Assembly (NCBI GenBank): GCA_026770705.1
Contig: JANJGN010000026.1
Span: 35,278,001 to 35,342,000, forward strand
From: Isurus oxyrinchus
Taxonomy: Eukaryota
Direction: 5' to 3'
DNA length: 64,000 nucleotides
Shown: piece after piece, positions 40,718 to 54,088 of the stretch
Position numbering within the stretch: the stretch's first letter is position 1
Layout of the letters: every line of letters begins with the position of its first letter
Translations under genes and position numbers: made by a program
Notes under the pieces: model-generated
Seen by the model: the letters and a program-made list of their open reading frames with translations, nothing else
Told to the model about the DNA's origin: nothing
The model's database searches: none

Positions 40718-42024
40718 AAAAGCAAAATAGTGCGGATGCTGGAAATCTGAAAGAATAGCATAAAATGCTGGGACATCACAGCAGGTCTGACAGCACCTGT
40801 GGTGAGAGAAGCAGAACTAACTTTCTGAGATCGTATGACCTTCCTCAGAGCTAAAGAGAAGTCGAAATGTGATGACATTTACTGTTTAAGCGGGGTGGAG
40901 CAGGTCAGGCTGGATAGAAGACAAGCATTAGGTAGGATTAAGGTGACACTGCCTAACATATCATAGGCAAACAGAAAAAGGGAGTGTTAATGGCAGTAGT
41001 AAGGCTAAAGTAGGTGCTAAAGAGTCATAAAGGTAAGAAAGCAGAATGTGTTAACAGCAGAGCCAGAATCAACACACTGTGAAAGAATAACTTGGGACAA
41101 GTAACTGATGGCCCTTTTGGGGGTGTGGTAGGGGTGATTAGGGAAAAATGGTATAAAAAGGAACGTAAAAGGGGATTAAAAAAAGGATAAAACAATGAAT
41201 AAATGAATAAGGCTGTAACATACATAATCGGAAGATGAGTTTCTGTTCCTCCAGTTTGCATTGGGCTTCACTGGGGCAATGCAGCAGGTCAAAGAGGGAC
41301 ATGTGGGTATCAGAGAAGGATGGCGTGTTGAAATTGCAAGCGACAGGAAGGTCTAGGTCATGCTTGCAGATAGACCGAAGGTGTTCCACAAAGCGGCCTG
41401 CCAGTCTGTGTTTGGTGTCCCCAATCTAGAGGAGACTGCATTGGGAGCATTGAATGCAGTCGACCAAATTGAACGAGGTGCAATGAAGCGGTGCTTCACC
41501 TGAGTGTTTAGGCCCTTGGACGGTGAGGAGGGAGGAGGTAAAGGGGCAGGTGTTGCATCTTCTCTGATTGCTTGGGAAGGTGCCATGGGAAGGGATGAGC
41601 TGTTGCGGATGATGGAGGAGTGGACCAGGGTGTCTCAGAGGGAACAGTCCCTGTGGAATGCTGACAGGGGTGGGGGTGGAGTGGTGAGCGGAAGGTATGT
41701 TTGGTGGTGGTATCATGTTGGGGTTAGTGGAAAAGGCGGAGAATGATCCTTTGAATGCTGGGGTGGTGGGATGAAACGTGAGTAAAAGGAGGACCTTATC
41801 ATGATTCTGGGAGAGAGGGGAATGTGTGAAAGCAGAGATGTGGGAGATGGGTCGGACACAGTTGATGGCCCTGTCAACCACAGTGAGTGGGTAACCTTGG
41901 TTAAGGAAGAAGGAAGGCATGTCAGAAGCATCATTTTGGACTGTGGCATCATCGGAACAGATGTGAAGGAGGTGAACGAACTAAGAGAATGGAATGGCGT
42001 TTTTCCAGCATTTTCTGTTTTTAT
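40718..42024 (-). mobile_element. Penelope-like element fragment (RT C-terminus and GIY-YIG endonuclease)
   Basis: FFLNQGYP..VVDRA, LLLTFHPT, RRCNTCPF, CTSFNLV.CIQCSQC.LL, EHLRSI....LPVA..FN. Short terminal-repeat-like pieces of the same family occur at ~24770, 30670, 48380, 48720, 58745 and 60700. Confidence 0.88.
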
Positions 42025-42689
42025 ATCAACCTAGACCCTGTATTAGGAATTACTGCACATAACACTTCCGCCGTTGGCATTAACCTCGGCCCTGTATAAG
42101 TAATTACTACACTAGACCCTGTCTCAGTTTATATCAATCTAAACCCTGTATCAGTAATCACTGCACTAGGCCCTGTCTCAGCCTATAATAATCCAGGCCC
42201 TGTATCAGGCATCACTGCACTAGACCCTGCCTCAGCTTATGTCAATCGAGGCCCTGTTTTAATAATTCCTATACATCCTCTGTTCAATTTATCTTACGTC
42301 CTCATTTGTAACTGTAAAAGCTAGATTACACTTTGCTTAGGTTATTGTTGTACAGGTGAACGTCACTGCTAATAGTACAATGGGCCTTATCTTGTTTATT
42401 ATTGCAGCCGTCCATATCTCTACTTGTGTTGCAATTGGTCCTTTCCCAGTTATTACTGCACCTGACGCTGCTGCTGTTTATATCATGCATATCATGCGCC
42501 TGTTATTACTACATTAGGCCGTGCTTCTGTGCACACTCCAATTAACCCTTATCCAGTTCGCACTGTAGTACAACCATGTTTTAATTTATATTTCACTGCA
42601 AATTGTGTTTTGTTGTTTTACACTGAACCATGCTTCAGTTATCACTGCCCTTGACCTGCTGAACTTGTCTCACTGATGACTGTACTGGA

Positions 42690-43350
42690 CCATACGAACA
42701 CACGAGCATATGAACAATGAGCATGAGTAGGCCATTCAGCCCCTCGAGCTTGCTCCACCATTTAATAATATCATGGCTGATCTGATAGTAACATGAAATC
42801 TGCATCCTGTCGACCCCCGATAACTTATCACCCCCTTGCTTAGCAAGAATCTATCCACCTCTGCCTCAAGGCTCTGCTTCCACTGCCTTTTTAGGGAGCA
42901 AGTCCCAAAGGCTCACAACCCTGAGAGTGAAAATATTCGCCTCATCTCTGTTTTACATGGCCGACACCTTATTTTTAAACAGTGACCCCTAGTTCCAGAT
43001 TCTCCCATAAGAGGAAACACCTTCTCCACATCCACCCTGTCAAGACCCCTCAGGATCTTATATATTTCAGTCAAGTCACCTCTTACTCTTCTCAACTCCA
43101 GAAGATATAAGCCTAGTCTGTCCAACCATTCCTCAGTCGGCAACCCACCCATTCCAAGTATTAGTCTAATTAACCTTCTCTGAACCTCTTACAACACATT
43201 TACATCCTTCCTTAAATAAGGTGACCAATACAGTGCACAGTACATGAAACATGATCTCACTGGTGCCCAGTATAACTGAAACATAACTTCCATATGTTTG
43301 TATTCAATTCCCCTCGCAATAACTTATAACATTCTATTAGTTTTCCCAAT
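42690..43350 (-). mobile_element. CR1 LINE 3' fragment
   Basis: LDRLGLYLLELRRVRGDLTEIYKILRGLDRVD. Confidence 0.88.
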
Positions 43351-43629
43351 TACTTACCATTTCTCATTTTATCTTTCTCTCAGCATTGTATCTGTGTATA
43401 TAATGCTATCTGCAGTTTAACTTATTAATGCACTGGACCATGCCTCGATATACACTACAATTGACTTTTCTCAGTTATTACTGCACTAGACTATGTCTCT
43501 ATCTCTATTACATTATATGATGCTTCGTTTATTAATGCACATAACTGTGCCTCTATATATACTGCAAGTGACAATTCCTGAGCTGTTGTTGCATTGCACA
43601 AAGTCTCCGTTTGTATTTTATTAGGATTT

Positions 43630-44795
43630 ATCTGACAACCAAATTATGGGAAAAGTTATAGCTCATGGAATAAAAGGGACAGAAGAAATGTGAATACAAA
43701 ATAAGCTGAAAAAAAGGAGGCAGGGAGTAATGGTCAATGAATGTTTTTCGGGCTGGAGGAAGGTTTGTAGTGCAGTTCCCCAGGGGTCGGTATTGGGACC
43801 CTTGCTTTTCCTGATATATATTAACCATCTAGGCCTTGGTGTGCAGGGGACAGTTTGAAAGTTTGCGGATGATGCGAAGCTTGGAAGTGTTGCAAACTGC
43901 CAGGGGAATGGTGTGGAACTTCAAGAGGACACAGATAAGTTGGTGGAGTGGGCAGATAGGTGGCAGATGAAATTCAATGTGGAGAAGTGTGAGGTGATGC
44001 ATTTTGGTAAGAGGAACATGGACAGACAAAACAAATAAGGGGTGGAGTTTTGAAAGGAGTGCAGGAGCAGAAAGACTTGGGTGTAGATATGCATAGATCA
44101 TTGAAAGTGGCAGGACAGGTGGAGAGAGCAGTTAATAAAGCATATAGTATCCTGCGCTCTATTAATAGGGGCATCGAGTACACGAGCAGGGAGGTAATGC
44201 TGAATTTATGTAAGGCCCTCGTTAGACCTCAGCTGGAATATTGTGTACCGCCCTTTGTACCATATTATAGGAAGGATGGAAATATATTGGAGAGAGTGCT
44301 GAAGAGGTTTAATTGAATGTTCCCAGGGATGAGAAACTTCAGTTATGAGGGGAGACTGGAGAAGTTGGGATTGTGTTCCTTGGAGAGGAGAAGGCTGAGA
44401 GGAGATTTGATTGAAGTTTTCAAAATCATGAGTGGGCTGGATAGAGTAGAGTGGAAGAAACTGTTCCCATTCATAGAAGGATAAAGAACGAGAGGGTACA
44501 GGTTTAAAGTGATTTGCAAAAGAAACAAATGTGACGTGAGAAATTACTTTTTCACACAACGAGTGGTTCGGCCTGGAATACACTGCCTGGAAGTGTGAGG
44601 AAGGCAGGCTCAACTGAGTCATTCAAGAGGCAATTAAATGATTATTTGAATAGAAACAAAATGCAAGGGTGGGGGGAAAAGCCAGGGCAATTGCACGAGG
44701 TCAGAATGCCCATTTGGAGAGCCGATGCAGACAAGTTGGGCCGAATAGCCTCCTTCTGTACCATTAAAGTTCTGTGATTCTATGATTCTGTGATT
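43630..44795 (+). mobile_element. CR1 LINE RT and 3' fragment
   Basis: VPQGSVLGPLLFLIYIN, KFADDAKLG, QEQKDLGV, LVRPQLEYCV; ATTCT(A/G)TG tail. Confidence 0.92.
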
Positions 44796-45400
44796 TTACT
44801 GTTTTAGGCTGCTTCATTCATCACTATACTCTTCTAAGTCTCACCTTATATTATAAAGCTCCAATCCCATTTATTAATACACGAGACCAAGTCTCAGTTA
44901 TTATTGCACGATAAAAGGTCTCTACTAACTGGATAGAGCTGGAGAGAGAGCCAGGTGGACAGGTGGGTATTAATTTTTAAAATGTTATAATATCCTGTAG
45001 GTAATAATGTGTTGGAAGAATACATTTAGTCTTGTTAATAACTATTAGGCGTTGTGTGCAATTTCTAGTTGCTCTAGTGTGATGTGTGTAATGTTTGTGT
45101 TGAAACTTTGGGGTGAATCTTGTAACATTCCCTTCATCAATGAGATTGAGGAATAGAAATAAAGATGAACCACATTGCACTGCACATTGCACAACTTAGT
45201 CACAAACTGCATTGTGTTGGAGATGACTGATTCATACTTGACTTTATCTATGACAATTGCTCACAGGTTTCTTTAATTTCCAGATATTTTTCCCTCTTTC
45301 AACCGAAATTTCTGTTCGCTTTTGGCGTGGTCACTGATTGTGAGAGACAGGGTCTGAAGCCGCATCCTCAGGCGAATGGGCAGCCGCAGGCTCCAAATAA

Positions 45401-45551
45401 NNNNNNNNNNNNNNNNNNNNNNNNNNNNNNNNNNNNNNNNNNNNNNNNNNNNNNNNNNNNNNNNNNNNNNNNNNNNNNNNNNNNNNNNNNNNNNNNNNNN
45501 NNNNNNNNNNNNNNNNNNNNNNNNNNNNNNNNNNNNNNNNNNNNNNNNNNN
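45401..45551. other. Assembly gap (N run)
   Basis: Run of N. Confidence 1.
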
Positions 45552-48500
45552 TGTGTGCTACTGTTTGTGTGTCTGCGTGGCTGAGTGTGTGCTTGTGCCT
45601 GTGCGTGTGTGTGGCTGTTTGGCTGTGTGTATGAATGTGTGCAGCTATATGTGTGGTGCGGGTACGTCTAGAACATATCATGCTTCATTGCTTTCAAAAG
45701 ACATTATAATTATTTTTCAACACGTTACGATAGTTTATTGAGAATATATCTATAGGCTGCCTATGCTGCTGTTAATATTTATCGGTAATGCATTGTCTTG
45801 AGTGCTCCGGAAAGTAATGTCAAGCTGGCTATTCCGTTGTCAAGGAAAATACATCTTTAAAATGACTCACTGAACTTCTTCCCTCTCTTCCTCTGTCTCA
45901 GACTATACCTAAATCAGTTAACCTCTCTTCTCTCTCTCAGACTTCACTTCACTCACTTACACAGACTCACAAGGGCTGGATCTGGCAGCTTCGAGGCACC
46001 AATGTTTAAATCTTTTGCTTAAGGCACATTATCACTGAAAAAAGTAAGCGCCAAATTCTCATCAGTGGAAAATTCAGTGCCATAAAGACACCAGCTCACT
46101 CACTTAACCTCTCTCCTCTCTTTCTCTCAGGCAGCACCAAGCCCTCTTAAAACTTTCCATTTTAGAATAACCCCCTGTGAGCGGTTTTATAGTTTTAATT
46201 TCCCCTCTTTTCTCCCAGTGATAACATTCAGTCAATCTCGCCTTCAGTTAATATGTTATAACCAAAATAACTTCGTTTATTTAATTCTTGAAATCTGGAA
46301 TGGAGTTGAATGTTATGCTGAGATCGGCAGCAATCTGTGTGGTTGTTCTTGATGCTGTCAGAGTGAGTTCACCCTCACAGGCAGGAAGACTGTCCATGGT
46401 GATAACATGAAACTGACGCCTGCTGTTTCATTCTCAGGTAACACAGCTTCCTGTTTCTCTGCTGCCGGTTCCAAACCGCACATCTCACTTCTGAGCAGAA
46501 AATAAATCCAGGGGCCACAATCTGGTGAGAACATCTGTCAAGGTGGCCTATTTCTGGCCACAGAGTCAGGGCAGAGTCACACAGATCACATTGCGGTGAC
46601 ATTTACAAATGAGACCGTGTGATCCGTTTCGAGCTTCCATTTCCATGACATCGCTGGATGGTCAGTCACTGAGCTCCCTCGAATCCCTGAAGCGGGGAAA
46701 TGAGATCTTGATACCTTTGATTTGTCGTTGTTATGCTCCACCACCCGCCCCCACTCTAACTCCCCCTCCACAACCCACAACCCCCCCTCTCCCCCACCCG
46801 CCACGCACACACACTCCCTACACATACACTTTCCCTCGAAACTTGTTTCCTCTGTTTCTCTGCAACATTCCGTCTCCCTTTTTCATTTTAAGTTTCCTTC
46901 CCTTAGTTTTATTTCTATCTCTTTCTCTGTGTATCTCTCTCCACCTCCCTGAGTGTCGATAAATTAGAAGCGTTCAAAATCATGAAAGGTTTGTTAGTGT
47001 GAATGAAGAGAGACTAGTTCAATTGGCAGGAGGGTCGGTAACCAGGGGACGCAAATTTACTTTATGAACAGGAAGACAGGAGGATAATTGTTTATTTTTT
47101 TAACACGGCGAGTTGTTCTGAACTGGAATGCACAGCTTGGAAGGGTGATGGCACCAGACTAATAATAACTTTGTAAAATGAATTCTATAAATAATTAAAG
47201 GCGTTAACAATTGAAGGATTACAGGGACTGGGGCCAATTGAAATGCTCATCTATATCACTGTCCCAGCACCTTTCCTGTATCTACCTCGGTCCCTCATTG
47301 AGCCCAAATAAAATGCAGTAATTTTACAGCTTTCGTCTTCTGCTAACCCGGTCTTTTGACAGCGCTTGAGTGCGTGTGAGTCGATAATTGCCAAGAATCA
47401 TTCAGAAGTTCACTACTATTTACAAACCACTTCTTTGAACAAAATAATAACACTGAGTAGTGCTTGTTTAGTAGAAAGCACGATTATCTTTAACATTTTA
47501 GGCTTTGATTCTTCCTCTGGTGAGGTTTTGGTGTTTAATCCTTTCAGTCATCATGTGCCTCACGCTGAAGATTTAAACATTGGCGTGTTTGGCCCTTGCG
47601 TGTCTGTGTAAATGGAGAACTGTTGGTAAGAATGAGAGGGAACAGATTATTTTCTGTTCCTCTGACAGATGCAGCATTGATCCTTCAGATATCAGAAATC
47701 TCTGGAGTCCGCCTTGATGGTCCTCCCCTTGGGTAGAACATCTTTTAGTCAGGTCGAGTCAGTCTCCCGGGCCTCTGTCATGATGTTTCCGCTCCGTTTT
47801 TACCGCACAAATCCCTGGGTCACTCACCATAACACAGAAGCCTGCGCTAATGCCCTAAACATCATTGCTTCCTCACACTTTCACACCCTAATACAGTCAG
47901 ATGTTTATGAGATCCCCTGCCTCTCTTTATGTTAGATTACCAGCAGCCTTTGTTACTGACACACTGGAGCCGGCCTCTGTGATTATTATTGGACCAGGAC
48001 TCAGTCTGGCCCGGACCCGGCAGTCAGAACTCCCTTTGCAAATGCAAAGAGTCAGAGGTTGTTTGTTCTTTTTTTTTGGAGAGGGCGCGAAGGTCAAAGC
48101 AGCAACAATGTCCCAGGAACCCGTCCTTTGCTGGATAGAGGAACTGTCCAGAGTTTCTCTGTCTTTAATTCCTCCTCCTGAGTGTAAGGAAATAATGGAT
48201 AAAAGAACTGAAAGGCTGACATTTCAACTATCACTGTGAGCACTGGCCGTTATTAAGTGGTCAACTCTCTGGATTGAGTCTTCAACCCACAACCGTTTGA
48301 TCCATGGGTAAAAGTGATGCTAATTCGTCAATTCTGACATAATGTCAGTTCCCATTGCATTAGGACAACGGCGACATATGGCAGATGCTAGAAATCTAAT
48401 ATAAAAACCGAATGTGCTGGAAATCCTCAACAGGTCAGACAGCAGGTGTCGAGCCTGTTTGTTTTCCAGATCGTCATATACTTTGCAGCCTTGGGGACAG

Positions 48501-50019
48501 GGTGGAGAGGCGGGAGGATTTTGGAGGTTGATTGCAAACCGGCGTTCTGTCACACCAACACTTTTCCCGTGGTCAACGGAGCTGGGCGTGGATTCTGAAC
48601 ATAGATCTCACAGCTCAAAAGCAGGAGGACCGCCAACTGTACCACTCGGGAGTGCAGTGGCTGTGGAGAGAAGTGGAGTTAAAGTTTCTAATCGATGACT
48701 CCGGTTCTGCTGAAGGGTCATCGCCATGAAACGTTCAATATGTTTATCGCCACAGATTCTGTCTGACCTGCAGAGTGATTCCAGAATGTTATGTTGCATT
48801 TGCTATTACACTAGACTGTGTCAGTGTTATTGCACCAACTCCATCCCATTCATATTTCAGTCGTGCTTGACTCTGTTATTAGGCATTAGGCAAAAGATTT
48901 GTTATTGTATCAACTGGCGCTGTCTCATACAAACTATTATATCAGGCCCAACTTCGATTTGGGTGGATCAGGTGCTGACTGTATCATTATCACACTGGAT
49001 CCAGTGATGTATTCAGTGATTCACTGCTATCCTCTGTATTCATCAAACATTGCACTAATTACACAGCTTTACCGCTTTTAATCTGTTCTCTATATCCAAT
49101 CTCATTGTATAAAACGCTGTCTCTGTAATGGTTGCCCGAAGAGCCTACACGTCATTCAATTCTAATGCAAACCTCTCTCATTATTTCTGAAATCAGTTTT
49201 CAATAGTAACCTGCTTCTGATATTGTTAACGTTGACCCTGTTTCTGCTAGTGTTTCGCCATGACCTCTTTCAGTTGTTATTTTATACAAAGTATTTTTGT
49301 TATTATGATCACACAAATATCGGTTCATTCGGTGTTATACCAAGTCCTCCCTCTCTCTTATTCCTGAACTAGCCAATTTCTCTGTTTATTGGACTCCTTG
49401 GGTCAATTTGTGTTATCACCGCACTAGCACATGCCTCTGCCTGTACTACACTAGGTATTGTGTCTGTTATTATTTACACTAGCTGATACCTATGTTTATA
49501 TTACACCAGGTCCTGTCTCTGATATTACTGCACGGGCCCATATCCCTGGTTATACAACACCAGGCTTTGTCTATTTTATTACTTCATTAGCCGATATCTC
49601 CTTTTATATTAAACCAGACACTGTCTCTGTTATTAATGCAGTAGTCCATATCTCTGCTTATGTTACACCAGGTCCGGTGTCTGATATTACTGCACGAGCC
49701 CATATCCTTGGTTATATAACACCAGGTCTTGTCTCTGTTATTAATTCATTAGTCGATATCTCCTTTTATGTTAAACCAGATACTGTCTCTGTTATTAATG
49801 CAGTAACCCATATCTCTGCTTATGTTACATCAAGTTCAGTCTCTTTTTATACTCGACTAGGTCCTGGTTTATTTTCGTTAAGATTACATTAAATATGCAA
49901 CCTGCAGTTAAACTAATCTGTCCAAACATGATTCGAGTGGTTGTGGTGGAATTTGTGAAGAAAGCAGTTAAAAAAGTGGAAACAGAAATTCTGAGAGTCT
50001 CTGGAGAGCAGCAGGAGTT

Positions 50020-50363
50020 TCACTCCTTCCCATCAACAGGAAAAATAAACCGGAGAATTACAGGTGTATTAGTCTCATGTCAGGTGTAGGTAAAGTTTGA
50101 TTTTTGCCATCACTTGCACAAATCATCACACATTCGAGATTATCAGGAGCTTCTGAGAGATATTGAGGTGATCATTTATTAATAAACTGCTGGTTCTTCT
50201 GGATGTGATTTACTCTGTTTTCCAACTGATCAGCGGAGACAGATAAAGCACCTTAGAAACGAAATTGTTAGTCTGAGATCACTTTATAAACAAATGCACA
50301 CAGCAGACTGGTTATCACTAAATACTTACAGTATTAAACAATCTACAGTTTAACTAAATGCAT
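50020..50363 (-). pseudogene. Possible decayed leader-intron-V unit
   Basis: 34-nt phase-1 leader-like exon (MHLVKL*IV*Y), GTAAGT donor, 78-nt intron with CTAAC branch and TTTCTAAG acceptor, then ALSVSADQ...SGLFF. No conserved Cys or Trp recovered. Confidence 0.3.
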
Positions 50364-52834
50364 AGTTTTGGATTTGAACACAATCACTGAAGACAGGAGT
50401 CGACTGCAAGTTGTCACTCGGAGAAATGAAGAGAAATTGTGAAAAAAAAATTCTCCAAAGAGTGTTATTAGATATCAGGAGATTCAAAATGAATAAGGGA
50501 CTGTCTCAGAGAGAGAGAGAGAGAGCGGGGGTGTGGGGGGCGGGAGTTAGATGGTAGGTGGAGAGAGAGCATGAGAGAGAGAGAAAGAAAGGTTGAGCGA
50601 GAGAGAGAGAGAGAGAAGAGGTTCAGTGAGTTAGACGCTGCCTCGGACAGAGAAACAAAGGACATTCAATGAGTTTGGTGATAAACATGCTCGTCTTAGT
50701 GATGGAAGTGTTAGTATGACATCACTTTCTGAGCAAAAGTAAACAACGAAACATGCTATCAATAAATATTTACAGCACTAAATAATCCGCAGTGACAGTT
50801 TGAGTAAAAGAAAATTAAATATTGAAACATTCGGGTAAAGATCATCATTTATCTTTGAGAAACGGCAGTATAAGTAAGAAGTATGATTGTTTTTCTATAC
50901 GGCACACATAACTGACCATATCTGATCCATCACTTCTTTGACTAAAACTAAATGAAAATAACTATCAGGTGCTGCAAAGAACGGGCCATCCAATACGGCC
51001 CGTTTTAGGCCAACGCCAGGGAACAATTCCCACCTCAACATCTTTGTGTATAATATTATCTCTCCAACTCACAGTTGCAGGAATCACAGAGACATGGCCA
51101 AGCGTAGAAATAACCGAGGCAGGGTTAGCGCACTAAGCACTGTGTCAATTGATATTAATCCTCTCTCGGGGCTAGAACAGTAATGATTGATTCGGCACAT
51201 GGATTAATAACACCCTAGACAGGGTCTGGTGCTATAATAACTCAGATTGCCTATAGTATAAGATAAACAAAAACATGATCTAGCGGAATAAAAACAGGGA
51301 CAGGGAAAGTGTAATAAAAAGAGATGTCTGGATTAATGCAGCAGCTACTAAGACAGGGTTTAGCGTTGTATATACAGACGCTGGGCCCAGAGAAGTAGTA
51401 ACTGAGACTTTTCCGCATGCAATACAACCAGAGCCACGGCCAAATTCAGGAGCAGCTGAGGCGAGGCAGAGCACTGAAATAACTGAGGCAGGAACTGGTG
51501 TAATATTATCATGGACATACTCTATTTCAATATAAACAAAGTCAGGGTCTGGTGCAGTAATGCTGAGACAGGGCTGAGTGCACCAATTATTGATACAGCA
51601 TCCACAGTAATACAAACGAAGGCTGGGCCTAGTATCAGCAATTATTGAGCCGGCATCTAGTGCAGTGATAACAGCCTTGGCCTTGTGTAGTATAAACAGA
51701 GACATGGCCTACACAGAAATAACATTGACAGGGCCTATTTTAATATAAACAGAGGAAATGTCTAGTGTAATATTAACTGAGACAGCATCTAGTGTAATAT
51801 AAACTGAGAGAGGGTCTATTGTAATGTAAACACAGATGTGCTCTGGTGTAATATAAACCGAGACGGGCTCCAGTATAATATTATCTGAGACGGGGTCTAA
51901 TGTGATATAAACTGAGACAGGGTCGAGTGTTATATAAACTGAGATAGGGTCTAACAGAATATGAGCAAAAAGGTGATCTAGTGTAATATAAACAGAGGCA
52001 TGATGTAGTGGAGTAAAATGTGAGGCAGTGCCGAGTGCAGTAATAATTGAGACAGTGTCTTGTGTAATATGAACACCGACATGGTCTAGTTCAGTAATGA
52101 CTGGGGCAGGATCTAGTGAAAGGAAATTGACACGGAGTCTGTTGCAGTTTCATCTGATATAGGACCTTGTCTAATATAAACTGAGGCAGCGCCTAGTGCA
52201 ATAACTAACAACATAGGACCTGGATTAATATAAACAGAGATGTGGGCAAGTGCAGCAATAAGAAAGAGGCACGGTATTATACAATAATAACAATGACAGG
52301 GCATCGTGTGATATAAACAGAGACATAGACTGGTGCAGCGTTCGCCAAGACATCCCCTAGTTTAGTATAAACATGGCAAAGTCTAGTAGTGCAATAACTG
52401 AGACACAGCCTCGTGTCATGTAAACAGGAACATGTTCTGGTTTCATATAAGTAGAGACAAGTACCAGTGCAGTAACAACTGAGACATGGACTACTGTCAT
52501 ATTAGCCAAGATATGGTTTAGTGCAGTGATAACTGAGAGAATGTATAGTCTAACATGGTCTTTGTCATGTATATTGACTGAGATTGACCTATTATAGAAA
52601 CAACTGAGACACAACCTGTTGTAATATTATCAGAGACATCACTGAGTGTAATATATACAGTCAAAGATCAAGTTTGAAATGAACAGGGAAAGGGTTCAGT
52701 GCAGAAATGATTGAGACAGTGCTTGTTTCATATAATGTCAGTACTCACTGTTTCACTGCCATCTACTGGCCGGACCCTACTATTGCAGGTGTTGTGAAAA
52801 TGTCGATTTTCGTTGCTGCTTCCGACATTAATGA

Positions 52835-54088
52835 CAGAATCATAGAATTCTTACAGCGCAGGAGGATGCCATTCGGCCACTCCTGTCCGTGCTAACCTTC
52901 TGAAGGAGTAATTGACCTTGGGCCACAGCTTTCCCTGCAGTCCAGTATCTTTTTTCTTTTCAGATAAGGATCCAGTTTCGTTTTGATCGCATCAATTGTC
53001 CCTCAATCCACCACACTGTCAGGCAGTGCATTCCAGATCCTAACCACTCACTGCGTGAAATGTTTTTCCTCTTGTCTCTATTGCTTCTTCTCCAGATTAC
53101 TTTAAACCTGAGCCGTCTGGTTCTCAATCCTTCCATCAATGGGAACAATTTCTCCCTATCTACTCTGCCCCGGCCCTTCATGATTTTTAATACCTGTATC
53201 AAATCTCCTCTTAACTTTTTCTCCTCAAACGAGATTAAAGCCAACTGCTCCACTCTTTATACATAACCAGAGTTTGTCACCCTTGAAACAATTTCCATGA
53301 ACCTTTGCTGTGCCCTTTCTCATGCCTTCAAATTCTTCCAAAAATGTAGTGCCCGCAATAAGATGCAATTCTCCAATTGAGGCCAAACCAGTGTGCCACA
53401 CACGTTTAACATGACCTCTTTGCTTTTATACGCCTTTCCTCTGTTAATAAAGCTCAGGATGTTGCATGATTTATTAATCACGCTCTTTCAACTTGTCCTG
53501 CCACCTTCAATGATTTATACACATTAACACCCAGGTCACTCGGCTCCTGCAGCCCCTTTGGAATCACACCCTTTCCTTTATACTGTCTATCTGCGTTCTT
53601 CCCACCAAAATTTCATCTGTCACTTGTCCGCCCTTTCCCCCAACCTCTCGATGTCTTTTTGAAGTTCTAAACTATCCTCCTCATGGCCCGCAATGCTTCC
53701 ACATTTCACATCGTCCATATATTTTGACATTGTGCTCTGTACACCAAGGCCCAGTTTATGAATAAATATGATGAAAAGTAGGCGTTGTAACACTGACCCT
53801 TGGGGAACTTCATTATAACCTTACCCTGAGTCCGAAAAACAAACGTTCAAAACTACTCTTTCTTTCCTGGCACTCAGCCAGTTCCCAATCCATGATGTTA
53901 CCGTCCATTTTATTCCAGTGAGCTCCAACTTTGCTCACAGGTCTGTTGTGCGGCATTTTATCAAATGTCTTTTGGAAACCATGTAAACCACGTCAAAAGC
54001 ATTACCCTCATCAACCATCGCTGCTATGTCAACAAAAAACTCAAGCAAGTTAGTTAAATATGATTTTCCCTTAACAGATCCATGCTGG
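52835..54088 (-). mobile_element. CR1 LINE fragment inserted into the right arm of the inverted duplication
   Basis: EEKKLRGDLIQVLKIMKGRGRVDREKLFPL; it splits sequence that is contiguous at ~23610 in the left arm. Confidence 0.9.

Larger units (their letters stand above)
30815..42270. repeat. 54-bp (2x27 bp) satellite array
   Basis: Alternating AGACCCTGTATCAGTAATCACTGCACT and AGGCCCTGTCTCAGTTTATATTAATCT. Older patches lie at ~24.55-24.75, 27.6-27.9, 42.3-43.6, 49.4-49.9 and 62.8-63.3 kb (same strand) and at ~28.1-28.6 and 51.1-52.7 kb (opposite strand). Confidence 0.95.

Noticed and set aside
30697-40750. Many ORFs with DPVSVITAL/GPVSVYINL repeats
   Set aside because: Artefact of the 27-bp satellite monomer being a multiple of 3; frames break constantly and there is no splice structure.
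30815-42270. CRISPR-like regular periodicity
   Set aside because: No unique spacers and no cas genes; vertebrate context.
46375-46410. Leader-like MLSPWTVFLP on the minus strand
   Set aside because: Wrong phase for a V leader and no downstream V exon.
48070-48105. FGEGAKVK as a J segment
   Set aside because: No upstream RSS and no downstream splice donor.
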